Shown here piece after piece: positions 1 to 12,699 of a DNA stretch of 64,000 nucleotides (position 1 is its first letter; each line of letters starts with the position of its first letter). Source of the DNA: Eledone cirrhosa (taxonomy: Eukaryota); contig OZ024754.1 in NCBI GenBank assembly GCA_964016885.1, forward strand, positions 38,006,001 through 38,070,000. The letters are read 5' to 3'. A model generated the notes under the pieces. That model was not told the DNA's origin. It made no database searches and was given only the letters and a program-made list of their open reading frames with translations. A program made the translations under genes and the position numbers.

Positions 1-272
1 TCCATCGTATGTGTAATATATCAGTCTAAGATCGCTAATATTTGACTATTTCAATCAAATTAAATTGAATCCAACTACTTAAAAAAATCATATGTAGATA
101 CAACAAATTTTCACTTTGTAACATACGATGAAACACGTGTCAGTGTTATGCAATAAATTTCTAATATAATATAACATATATATTTAAAGTGAGAGTTGAC
201 AATGAGTACAGATATATATATATATATGCCAACGTCATTTTAACATCCACTTTCCTTGCTAGCATATATATA

Positions 273-432
273 TACATGGACACACTAGAAGAGGAAGACC
301 AAGGTTAACGTATGTTGATGCCCTAAGGACAGACACTGGTCTGTTGGAGAGGAGACGCAGGACATGGCAGCGATAATGAGGGACAGAGACCGCTGGAGAG
401 AACTCGTCCATGGATCTCGGGAATTTTACCCG
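273..432 (+). mobile_element. RTE-type LINE 3' fragment
   Basis: Translates (with a frameshift) as HGHTRRGRPRLTYVDALRTDTG...MRDRDRWRELV, typical of the RTE ORF C-terminus. Confidence 0.65.
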
Positions 433-525
433 CCTTAGATATATATATATATATATATATATCCCTTCCATATACTGTACCCATTGTGTTGTTATTTGTT
501 TACTTTTTACATACATACATATATA

Positions 526-1440
526 CGAGGTGTGTCAGAAAAGTTCCAGGACTGATGTCACAAAAGATTTATTTCAAACCCAAACTTCACACTAACAGTT
601 TTCTCCTTCAAAGTAATCCTCCTGAAGTCTAATGCACTTTTCCATCCTTTTCTGCCACGCTTGCATGCACTCCTGGAAGGATTCTTCCGGATCCTCCGCA
701 GTTCCGTCGTCACGGCCTTTTTGATGTCGTCCACGTCTTCAAAACGGGTCCCCTCCGGGTCGTACTCGAAGATCCATGACTCATCACCGGTGATGACTGT
801 CCCTAGCAAATCTGGTTCGGTTTCAAGACGCTCGAGAATGTCCTGGCACACTTGCATGCGTCGACCCTTCTGGTCATCGTTCAGCAGTTTTGGCACCATC
901 TTCGCGCAGATTTTCCGCATGTCCAAATCTTCAGTGAGAATCTTCCAGACGCTGTCCCGATTCATTCCCAGCTCATTTGCCATCAATCGAACAGTCAGCC
1001 GACGATCGTTACGCACCATCTGCCTGACGCGCTCAACGTTGACCTCAGTCCTGGTTGTTGAGGGCCTTCCGCTCCTGGGGTCATCTTCCACGTCCTCGCG
1101 TCCTTCTTTAAACCTCTTACACCACTCAAAAACACGTGAGCGTGACATCGTCTCATCTCCATACACTTGCTGCAGCAATCCCAGTGATTCTGACGGAGTT
1201 TTCCCCCAACCGTACCAAAAACTTCAAGTTTGTTTGTTGCTCTGTGCTCATTGCTTGACGACCTGAAACAGAGGACATGTATATAAAATTATGAAGAAAA
1301 ACGTTTGATCGCTGCAGAGAGCTAAGATTACAGCTACATACTCCAGGGGGATTACTTTGAAGGAGAAAACTCTTAGTGTAAAGTTTGGGTTTGAAATAAA
1401 TCTTTTGACATCAGTCCTGGAACTTTTCTGACACACCTCG
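526..1440 (-). mobile_element. Mariner (Tc1/mariner) element, internally deleted, ~100-bp imperfect TIRs, TA target duplication
   Basis: TA|CGAGGTGTGTCAGAAAAGTTCCAGGACTGATGTCA is mirrored at both ends; a transposase remnant lies inside. Confidence 0.95.
592..1251 (-). pseudogene. Mariner transposase remnant (HTH region, MVPK, ITGDESW, DYFEG); catalytic core deleted, two frameshifts
   Basis: FEYDPE is joined directly to GTRFEDV; the HDNA and YSPDLAP motifs are absent; frameshifts near 1205 and 690. Confidence 0.9.
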
Positions 1441-1756
1441 TATATATATAGTTATGTATTAACAAAAGATAATTAATTCATTTACCAAAGGTTTCATGAA
1501 GACAGACAAGCTTGAAATTTACATAGCCTACATAGAGCATTCTCTTTTCCTTTACTTCAGAAATACTTTATTTATTTATATATATACAATCCTTAAAACA
1601 TAAAATAGTGTTCCCATTATCATTCTTTGTTATCAGTCACTGTATCCATGTAGGGTTATCGTGTTGTATATACCCTCCTTCAATACTACTTGCTTTGTAT
1701 GTATGTATGGCCCCATAATTCCTTATGGAGTCATAGAGGCACTGTAATGACATACG

Positions 1757-2135
1757 TATTTTGGACATTTTAAACTAAACAGAAGCCAACCCCTCTCCAG
1801 GTCCAAATAGCGAGTTTTAGACATTTTAAACCAAGCAGAACCAACCCTTCTCCTGGTCCGAATAATGTGTTTTGGACATTTTAAACAAAACAGAACCAAC
1901 CCTTCTCCTGGTCCGAATAATGTGTTTTGGACATTTTAAACAAAACAGAACCAACCCTTCTCCAGGTCCGAATAATGTGTTTTGGACATTTTAAACAAAA
2001 CAGAACCAACCCTTCTCCTGGTCCGAATAATGTGTTTTGGACATTTTAAACAAAACAGAACCAACCCTTCTCCTGGTCCGAATAATGTGTTTTGGACATT
2101 TTAAACTAAGCAGAACCTTTCTCCAGGTCTGAATA
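1757..2135. repeat. 55-bp minisatellite, ~7 copies
   Basis: Unit ttttggacattttaaacaaaacagaaccaacccttctcctggtccgaataatgtg. Confidence 0.95.
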
Positions 2136-2694
2136 CAGCAGATTTCTTCCAGAGGAGAGAGTGTGTGTGTGTGTGCGTGTGTGATAGAGAGGAAATAAGA
2201 AAGAGATAGTGAGGAAGAATCAACCCCCAATGCTTGACTGGTACATTTTTTTTTATTGACCTCGTCAAAGTTGATTTTAGCGGTATTTGAACTCAGAGCA
2301 CAGAAAGCCAGAATAAATGCTGCTAAGCATCCTATCCGAAGTTCTGTCTGCCAATTTGCCGCCTGTGGCATAGCTTCAGTATCACCGCACCCTAGTCCTA
2401 GAGCCCCCACCCCCTTCCCCATTCCTCCGTGACTCTAGAGCCCATCACCCACCTCCATCCCCATTCTTCTGAGACCCTAGAGCTCTTGCCTTTCTCTTTT
2501 TCATAACCACAAAAGATACTTAAATTTGTTTTTCTAAACAATGCTGTAAAACGAAGAGTTAATTAACTCATAACGACCTGTGCCACATAAAACCACATTA
2601 GCAAAGCATTCTTTATAAAGTACAAAACAGCACTATGACTGCATCACATTAACCCTTTAGCATTTACATTACTCTATATATACTATTATATTTT

Positions 2695-3299
2695 CTGTTC
2701 AAACCGACCATAACTGGCTGTTCATACTGACGTTAAGGTATTGTTCTCAAACTAAATATTATTAAAATCTCATAGGGCGGTGAATTGGCAGTATCGGTAG
2801 AGGGTTGGACGCCATGCTTTCTAGCATAGTTACGTCCCTTTACAGTCTGAGTTCAAATCCCGCCGAGGTTAACTTTGGCTTTCATCCTTACGGGGTCGAT
2901 AAAATAAAGTACCAGTAATGTACTGAGTAATTGCTGGCCTTGTGCCTAAAGTAGAAACAATTATATTTTCATGGTAAAGGATTTACCTCAGATAATTATC
3001 TCACATAATATCGAATCTATGAGATTTTAATAATTGTTTCTACTTTAGGCACAAGGCCAGCAATTACCCAGTACATTACTGGTACTTTATTTTATCGACC
3101 ACGTAAGGATGAAAGGCAAAGTCAACCTCGGCGGGATTTGAACTCAGACCATAAAGGGATATAACTATGCTAGAAAGCATGGCGTCCAACCCTCTACCGA
3201 TACTGCCAATTCACCGCCCTATGAGATTTTAATAATATTTAGTTTGAGAACAATACCTTAACGTCAGTATGAACAGCCAGTTATGGTCGGTTTGAACAG
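2695..3299. repeat. Inverted repeat with 270-bp arms (2695-2964 and 3030-3299), each SINE plus MITE flank, 65-bp loop
   Basis: The arms are reverse complements; outer parts are identical and the inner SINE part has a few mismatches. Confidence 0.92.
3030..3219 (-). mobile_element. tRNA-derived SINE (family A, central GCCTTTCATCCTTACGGGGTCGATAAA domain) inserted in a TTAA MITE
   Basis: A- and B-box-like motifs; ~18-bp direct repeat ctatgagattttaataat on both sides; central motif resembles the Deu/Nin SINE domain (from memory). Confidence 0.85.
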
Positions 3300-3684
3300 G
3301 AAAAGGTGAGAGAATTCTGGCCGGATACGGCCGATTTAAATACCAAATTAAAGTCCTTCCTTACTCTAATACTACTACAGGTTTTCATTGCCTTCGACTG
3401 CTCACTTTATTAAGAGTTACTTTATCAAACTCAGAATGATGAAAGGCTAAGTCAATTTGTGATGAATTTGAATCTGGAGCAGAATTAAGAAAAAAGAAAA
3501 ACTTATAGGGGGTAAAAATACTGATTTTATTTCCTATTTTCTGTCATCTTATATTAAAATTTTTTATTTTTTGTTTTCATTTCACTTTTGATAATCATTA
3601 ACTTATGTTGTGGTGGCAGTTGATGGTTGACATTTTCATTGCTACAGCTGGGCATGTTGTTGTTCTTTTGTTGATTATACTGCC

Positions 3685-4932
3685 AATGTTGTTGTTGTTG
3701 TTGTTGTTGTCATTAATGCTGCTGCTGTTGTTGTTGTTGTCATCATTAATGCTGCTGTTATTGTTGTCATTAATGCTGCTGTTGTTGTTGTCATTAATGC
3801 TGCTGTTGTTGTTGTCATTAATGCTGCTGTTGTTGTTGTCGTCATTAATGCTGTTGTTGTTGTCGTCGTCATTAATGCTGCTGCTGTTGTTGTTGTTGTC
3901 ATTAATGCTGCTGCTGTTGTTGTTGTTGTCATCATTAATGCTGCTGTTGTCATCATTAATGCTGCTGTTGTTGTTATCATTAATGCTGCTGCCATTGTTG
4001 TTGTCATCATTAATACTGCTGTTGTTGTTGTTGTTGTCATCATTAATGCTGCTGCTGTTGTTGTTGTCATCATTAATGCTGCTGCTGCTGTTGTTGTTGT
4101 CATCATTAATGCTGCTGTTGTTGTTGTTGTCATCATTAATGCTGCTGTTGTTGTTGTTGTCATCATTAATGCTGCTGTTGTTGTTGTTGTTGTCATCATT
4201 AATGCTGCTGTTGTTGTTGTTGTTGTCATCATTAATGCTGCTGCTGTTGTTGTTGTTGTCATCATTAATGCTGCTGCTGTTGTTGTTGTCATCATTAATG
4301 CTGCTGTTGTTGTTGTTGTTGTTGTCATCATTAATGCTGCTGTTGTTGTTGTTGTTGTCATCATTAATGCTGCTGCTGTTGTTGTCACAACTGTTGTTGT
4401 CACAACTGTTGTTGTTGTAGTCACAACTGTTGTTGTAGTCACAACTGTTGTTGTTGCTGTCACAACTGTTGTAGTCACAACTGTTGTTGTTGTAGTCACA
4501 ACTGTTGTTGTTGTAGTCACAACTGTTGTTGTAGTCACAACTGTTGTTGTTGTAGTCACAACTGTTGTTGTTGTCACAACTGTTGTTGTTGTCACAACTG
4601 TTGTTGTAGTCACAACTGTTGTTGTTGTCACAACTATTGTTGTTGTTGTAGTCACAACTGTTGTTGTAGTCACAACTGTTGTTGTAGTCACAACTGTTAT
4701 TGTAGTCACAACTGTTGTTGTAGTCACAACTGTTATTGTAGTCACAACTGTTATTGTAGTCACAACTGTTATTGTAGTCACAACTGTTGTTGTTGTAGTC
4801 ACAACTGTTGTTGTTGTAGTCACAACTGTTGTTGTTGTAGTCACAACTGTTGTTGTTGTTGTAGTCACAACTGTTGTTGTTGTAGTCACAACTGTTGTTG
4901 TTGCAGTCACAACTGTTGTTGTTGTTGCAGTT
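3685..4932. repeat. Compound (GTT)n-based minisatellite with two unit types
   Basis: tcattaatgctgct(gtt)n units switch to gtagtcacaact(gtt)n units near 4385. Confidence 0.95.
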
Positions 4933-5398
4933 GTTCCGGTTGATTCCCTTAATCTGCAAGTACCGACTGATTGATAGAATGTCCCAACAAAAGGAAACTA
5001 CCATCTCTCAGAGAGTCAAACAGCAGGGAAAAAAAAAAGGAGATCAGAGGCAGAAGTGGGGGGTGGGGGTAGGAGGGTGAAAGGTGAGGTGGATGTACAA
5101 GGGGTGGAAGGAGGTGTATCGGAGAGGGGAGAAGAGGAGTGGATATAGAAAACGAGGGGGGGGGGGGGTATAGAAAATGAGAAGTGTGGGGGGGTTATAG
5201 AAAATGAGAAGGAAGGAGATGGTATAGGAAATGAGAAGGAAGGGGGTGGTATAGGAAATGAGAAGAGGAGTGGATGCAGAAAGAGAAAAGAAGGTAAGTT
5301 GAGATAGAGGAGGAGGTCAGAAATTAACAAAAAAAAATAAAAATAAAAATAAAATAAGAATGGTGAAAGACATAGGAAGATGTAAAGGGAAGCATAGG

Positions 5399-5548
5399 TT
5401 ACAATAGAAAATACTTGGTAACGTTCATGACAAACCCAGTACAAAATAGAGATATTGTCACAAGAAATCCATCTGGTTGTCCAACTAACTCTCGCATCGC
5501 TGTCACAGATTTCACCAACCAATTTGGATTACTCTGAGTTTCAATTTC
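5399..5548 (-). CDS. LMF2: LMF2 terminal coding exon 16 (150 nt including TAA; [10 protein letters not shown]...KYFLL*)
   Basis: ttttgcag acceptor, phase 0, hydrophobic C-terminal helix then TAA; a different frame from ORF 5016..5522 in the track. Confidence 0.8.
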   Translation of the reverse strand, partial: EIETQSNPNWLVKSVTAMRELVGQPDGFLVTISLFCTGFVMNVTKYFLL

Positions 5549-8500
5549 CTGCAAAATACAGAAAATAAAAAAAAATAAAATTTTTTTGTTTAAAGAAAAT
5601 AAAACATTCTGACTGAAATATGAAAATAATTAATTCATTCATTCATTCATCATCATTTAACCCTTTAGCATTTAAACCAGCCATATCCGGCCAGAATTCT
5701 CTCCCTCCTTTCTGTTCAAACTGGTTGCAACCAGTTGCTCATACCGACATTAAGGTATTGTTCTCAAAATAAATAATACCAAGATCTCATGGATTCGATA
5801 TTATGTGAGATAAAGCTTTTTCTGTGAAAATACAATGGTAAATATAGAAAAAGGTGAATACTAAAGGGTTAATGTCTGCTATCCCTACTAGCAAAGGCTT
5901 GGAATGGAGTGTTCAGCAGCAGACCAGGCAGGTATTCCAGTGGAGGTACTAACCCGATGGTGGACTGAGAACCTGTATCTTGCTTACATATACACCTGCA
6001 TTCTGCTGAGCGCTCAAATGGGTTGGCAGCCTGCAACTTGCTTACATATGACCTTGTGCACTACCAAGTGGATTTTATTGTTTCACCATTAATGGGGAGG
6101 TTGTCATGTCTTATTTTATTATGACACCAGCACAAAGGAGGGTGTCATGTCATATTTTATTATGACACCCTCCCTAGTGATGGTGTCATGTCTTATTTTA
6201 TTATGACACCAGCACTAGGGAGGGTGTCATGTCTTATTTTATTATGACACCAGCACTAGGGAGGGTGTCATGTCTTATTTTATTATGACACCAGCACTAG
6301 GGAGGGTGTCATGTCTTATTTTATTATGGCACCATCACTAGGGAGGTTGTGTCCTATATATGACACCACCAATAGAGAGGTTGTTGTCATATTTTATCAT
6401 GATACCAGCACTAGGGAGGGTATCATGTCATTTTATCATGACACCAGAACTAGGGAAGGTGTCATCACATTTTATCATGACACCATCAATAGGGAGGTAG
6501 TTGTAATAGTGATAGTAGTAGTAATTGTAGAAGTAGTAGAAGTAGTAGCAGCAACAGTAGAAAATATATTAAACATAAATGCACCAACCTCAAAAATACG
6601 GTTTTGCTGTAGCCACTGCAATAATCCCTGATCATTCTTATCAATTATTGGTAGGTAGCTGCTGACTTTCTCCCTCACCCACCAGCTGTCTTTAGAGAAT
6701 CTGCAAGTGAACATTTATTATTATTAGTTAGAACGGTGGATTGGCAGTATCGGTAGAGAATCAGACACCAAGCTTTGCAGCATATAGTTACGGTCCTTTC
6801 TGGTCTGAGTTCAAATCCAACCGAGGTGAACTTTGCTTTTCATCCTTACAGGGTCAATAAAATAAGGTATAAGTAATGCACTGGGATAATTGCTGGCCTT
6901 GGGCCAAAAGTAGAAACAATTATTATTAATATAAGGGAGGTAGATTGGCAGTATCAGTAGAGCGTCAGACACCTTGCTTTGCAACAGAGTTATGGCCCAT
7001 TGTATTCTGAGTTCAAAGTTAACTTTTCCTTTCATCCTTACAGGATCGGTAAAATAAATGCACCAGTAATGCACTGGGGTTGATTTAATCGATTTTCCTC
7101 CCTCCAAAAATTGCTGACCTTGCGACTAAATCTGAAACCATTATTATTTATTGGTTTTATTATTTATTGGCGGTGGATTGGCAGTATCGGTAAAGGGTCG
7201 GACGCCATGCTTTCCAGCATAGTTACGTCCTTTTATGATCTGAGTTCAAATCCCACCGAGGTTGACTTTGCTTTTCATCCTTACGGGGTCGATAAAATAA
7301 AGTACCAGTAATACACTGGGTAATTGCTGGCCTTGTGCCTAAAGTAGAAACAATTATTTATAAAGTACCAGTAATGCACTGGGTATTTGCTGGCCTTGTG
7401 CCTAAAGTAGAAACAATTATTATTTATTGGTTATTTTAACAAGATGGAGTAAACAGAATACGACCAGAAAGAAGAGAAAACACAAAGATGAATAGCAGGG
7501 AAAAGCGGACGTAAAATGATGATGATGATATGTTTATGTACAAGACTTCCATTATGTTAACAAGGCAGTTATTGAGGGCGCCAATGTCAGAGATGCATAA
7601 CTGAATCTTAAAGGATCAGTTTGTATAATCAAACTAAATATATCATCACCATCACCGTTTTACGTCCATTCTTCCATGCTAGCATGGGTTAGACGGGTTG
7701 TCCTGTTGTGGGCAATGTCAGGTCAGCTGACACCAACCTCATTTACAGTGAGTGCTGGGTGCTTTTTTACCGTGGCGCCTACACGACCACTTTACAGTGT
7801 GGACTGGGTGCTTTTTTGTTGTGACACATCCACGACCACTTTACAGAGGGAGGGTGTGGGGACATATTGTCTATATGCTTCAGCTTCGGCTAATCAATAA
7901 ATAAACAGCTTTACCGTGTAGCAGCATAGGAGAAATAATGTGCTAGAGCAGTCCATAGATATGTGTACTCTTAACATAATTCTCAGGGAGATTCTGCATG
8001 ACAATGCTTGAAAAGGCTTACCTTTTCAATTATAGAAACAACTCATTTTTTTTCCAGTTGAGTAGACTGGAGTAATGTGAAATACAGGGTGAGTGTAAAG
8101 TCTTTGAAACCACAAAACACAGTGAGCTTTGTTTCATTGATGTCCAACCCATGCTAGCGTGGAAGATGGACATTAAACGATGATGATGATGATGCTATTT
8201 TGTTATTGAAAATTACAACTACTTCCTGAAGAAGAGGAAATATAAAATATGTTCAAAAAAACTTTAAACTTGAAATTTATAAATTAAAACAATGAAAAAG
8301 TAAAATCTGAAATAGTATCAGAGATATGGTATTTTATAATGAGGGTAAGACTTTTATAATCAGGCTCAGCCTGTATATTGGATGGCATCAGAGAGGATAT
8401 CTAGCCATGGGGAAAAAACTACCTCAAAAAGTCTTGTCCAACTCATGAAACAAAATGAATGTAAAAACGATTTACAATAATAATCAATCCTTTTTATTTA

Positions 8501-11500
8501 AGCCCTTTCAATAGGATAGGATAAAAATATTTCAGGGAACTTTGGCTGCTATTTCTTGCAGGTCAAGCAACCATATAGTAGTTTCCCTCACTACATGCCA
8601 TAGTGTGCAGTATAGCTTTCAGCTAGGTAGTGATATGGTGTTACTAAGAAGATGGATTAATGAGACATGCACCATCATTTGGTGAACTACTTGTATAATA
8701 TAGGACAGCTTTATCAGATCCGACCTTGGGCAATACAATTACAGCCTCCTTGCTAATCAGAAAGCTTCTAAGTGGTCTCTCCAACTGCTAGAAATAATAG
8801 TCAAAATTACAGAGTTATAGTTAAGGTTAGCAACACTTACTTTTTGCTCATAATGTGGGGACTTGTGTAGTGGTAGTGGTAAAGTGTGGCACGCAAGTAG
8901 ACTGGTGGTTTATCAGGGAAAGGATTCTCATCCATTAGCTGCAATACTTCGTTTTGTCCAGTTAGCAACCGGTAACACAGTGTTAAGAGCCAGGGATTGT
9001 TCTGGAAATCACTTAATGCAGCAAACCACATTTGCCAATCCAAACGAGGCTGGTGAGGAGCTGCAGAAAAAAAAGTATGGATACATTAATATAAATTGAG
9101 ATATACTAAAGTGCGACCCAAGTAATTTTGGGGAGTATACTTTTGCAACTCCGGGTACCATCATCTAAGGCAGGGCTTTCAAACTCAAGTATTCAAAAGG
9201 GCCATTTCATCCTGGAGGAGAGACACAGCAGACAAAAGTGAGATGGGGTGGAGGTTGCATGATTTCCACCAGTTATAATGCTGTAATATAGTTGATAGGC
9301 TGCTATTCATTCTCCCCAACCCATCAAAATACAGACACATGTTACATGTGAATGAGTACAAAATGTAGGGGGATAAATTTTCTATTTCAAATTTTCATTA
9401 ATTTCGTTTTTACTTTTGGTAAATTCCATTGAACAGAGGACAGTGTGGTTAGTACAGAGGATTGAGAGAGAGGCCAACTCCACCTCAATAATAGTGAGTA
9501 GGAAGGTAGTAGAGGGACCAAGAATGCCAGAAATCTCCAGCACTAGATGTTCAACAAAACCAACATATCAGAAAGCACCCAATACTTCCAGCAGCTTGTG
9601 AACTTCATTAAAGCCGTACTTACTGACAAATGATGGACTTTGAGAAACATTTCCTGGTTTGTAAAGAAAATGGTATTCTTTCCATGCTTTCATGTCATTA
9701 CTGCCTTCAACAATGACCTCAGGACGACCACCAACACCTGTCATCCTAAAAGAGAAACAAAAAATAAAAACATCCAAACAAACATTCAACAGAACTATAA
9801 CAGGTTTGATCTATTTCATGATATCAAAAATTTTCATTAAGTTAAGATTTTAACCCAATACAGTAATAAAATATGTTTTGTTTTATTTGTCATCCTTAGC
9901 CCTTTATATATTTCTGCATTGTATTGGCTTTCTGAAGTCCTCCTCAATCAATTATTACCGTATTTCCCGGCATTGAAGATGCTACTTTTTCCTAAAATAT
10001 GTCTAAAAAATCTACCATGCGTCCTGGAGGCCGAAGGTTGTTTATTATTTTTTTTCAAATTTTTGGTTGTCAAAATTAGGGTGTGTCCTCGAAGATGAAG
10101 CATCTTCAGCGCCAGGAAATGCGGTACTTACAATACGTTTCACATTAACTAGACAACGCTATTCATATATTTCTATTCCTATTTATTATATTTTACTTCC
10201 TGTAGTGTGTATCCCAGTTTTTAGAATACGTTGTATCTCAATATGTTATAAGAGGGGTTTAAAAGAGTTAGCTTCAGAAAGGGCATCAAGCTATAAAACA
10301 TTGTTCCAAAACATCCTATCCAACCCATGCTAACATAGAAAAGTGGATAATAGTAAGTCTGGCATTACAATAACAATGATGAAACCATGACTTAATAAAT
10401 CATTTTATTTATTTTGTATAAGTACCATGAAATTTGAAAAAAATAAAGTTATAATAATTTTACCTCTTTAACATTATGTAATGTTACCCACAATGATAAA
10501 AATATACTCACAAAATAACCTGTCATATGACAGGTAACATTCTAGTTTATATGACAGGTAGCATACTAGTATATATAAATTTCACCATGAGATATATTTA
10601 TTTGTTGGTTATTGTACTCTTATTTAACTGCCTTCCCTCCTCAAAGGCACATGAGTTAGTGGTTAGTGTGCTGGGCTCACAATTGTAAGGTCTTAAATTC
10701 AATTCCTGTGCCAGACAGTGTATTGTGTCCTTGAGCAAGACACTTTCATATTGCTGCAGTTCACACAACTGAGAAAAAAATTAGTTACAATGACATTGGT
10801 GCCAAACTGTTATCAAACTGTCTTTTCCCTAGATGTCAGGTTTGTGGAGGTAGAAAACAGCATTATGACTACATCACATTAAATATTACCATTTTTACTC
10901 TAATATTTACACAACAATGTTATAAACGTTTATAAACAAATACTATAAATAGTTGAGTTAACAAACCAAATTACAAGATATTAAGAGTTAAACAGCAACA
11001 TTATACTTCACTATATCATGGCCCCCCAGCTAAAACCAACCTCACAATCCTTCATTACTACATCAAGTTCTCTCACTTTATATCCCAGATCTTTGATAAT
11101 GACAGCTTACAACTTCTTTCACCAACAGGCAGAGGTCTTCAAAGGACAAATGATATTGGGGCTCATCTTCTGCTATAAGGAAATAGCTGGGGCTACACAT
11201 GAACAACGTCAGCAAATCTTAAACTGCTTCCTATTCTGACAAACCAAGTGTATATCACAAGCTAGAGGGTAGTCTGATATATACTGTATGGTATATCTAA
11301 GGTATATCTCCAATGTCTACATTTAAAGTGCACTGCTTTTAGTTAAGGAAAAAGCCTAGTCTATGAAAAATGGTGAATAAACATCACAATCGTGTGAAGG
11401 ATGAAGTGTGAAGTGAAATGATAAGTACAACAAATCTATCTGTGAGTTGCTCTCAATGTGACCTGAAATTAGTTATTTTGTTTCAATATATCTATTTAAG

Positions 11501-12179
11501 AAATAGACTGAAGTGTGAAGTGAAATAAGTACAACAAATCTATCTGTGAGTTGCTCTTAATGTGACCTGAAATTAGTTATTTTGTTTCAATATATCTGTT
11601 TAAGAAATAGACTGAAGTAGTGTGAATAATCAGTGCAACAAATCTGTGAGTTGCTCTCAATGTGACCTGAAATTAGTTATCTCTCTTCTATATATTTGCT
11701 GATGCAGAGAAGTAATAGTAACAGCAATGATTAAATACAATTGCCTAACTTCTAGAAGACACCAACTGAATGCCAACAATTAAAGCAACAACAGTAATGG
11801 CAGGAGGGAAGGGATTGATACGATGACATCGTGAAGGAAGCAACACTATCTTACCTGCCTCTAGTACCCCTCCCAAAGAAGGGATTGATGTCCCTAGCCA
11901 GATGAAAATAAAACAAAAACAGTTAAACATGTATATATACATATACATATATATACACATACATATATATACATAGATACATATACATACATACATACAC
12001 ATATATACATACATATATATATACATACATATACATACATATATATATACATACATATATACATACATATATATATACATACATATATATATACATACAT
12101 ATATATATACATACATATATATATACATACATATATATATACATACATATATATATACATACATATATATATACATACA

Positions 12180-12211
<32 letters not shown>

Positions 12212-12599
12212 CATATACATACATATATATATACATACATATATATATATACATACATATATATATACATATATATATACATACATATATATATACATAT
12301 ATATATACATACATATATACATATATACATACATATATATATACATACATACATACATATATATACATATATACATATATACATACACATATATATACAT
12401 ACATATATATATATACATACATATATATATACATACATATATATATACATACATATATATATACATACATATATATATACATACATACATATATACATAC
12501 ATACATATATATATATACATATATATATACATACATACATATATATATACATACACATATATACATACATATATATATACATACACATATATACATACA

Positions 12600-12645
<46 letters not shown>

Positions 12646-12664
12646 CATATACATACATACATAC

Positions 12665-12699
<35 letters not shown>

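Noticed and set aside
108-146. GAAA-CACGTG-TC-AGTG half-hammerhead (similar weak cases near 8226 and 43160)
   Set aside because: CTGANGA core or cleavage triplet is missing; too degenerate to call.
661-1266. 201-aa plus-strand ORF
   Set aside because: Antisense shadow of the mariner transposase.
3598-5004. 468-aa Asn-rich ORF and the overlapping 411-aa and 271-aa ORFs
   Set aside because: Several frames are open simply because the tract is a trinucleotide-based repeat; there is no non-repetitive domain.
5016-5522. 168-aa ORF overlapping the last LMF2 exon
   Set aside because: Wrong frame for splicing to exon 15, and it runs into low-complexity pyrimidine sequence.
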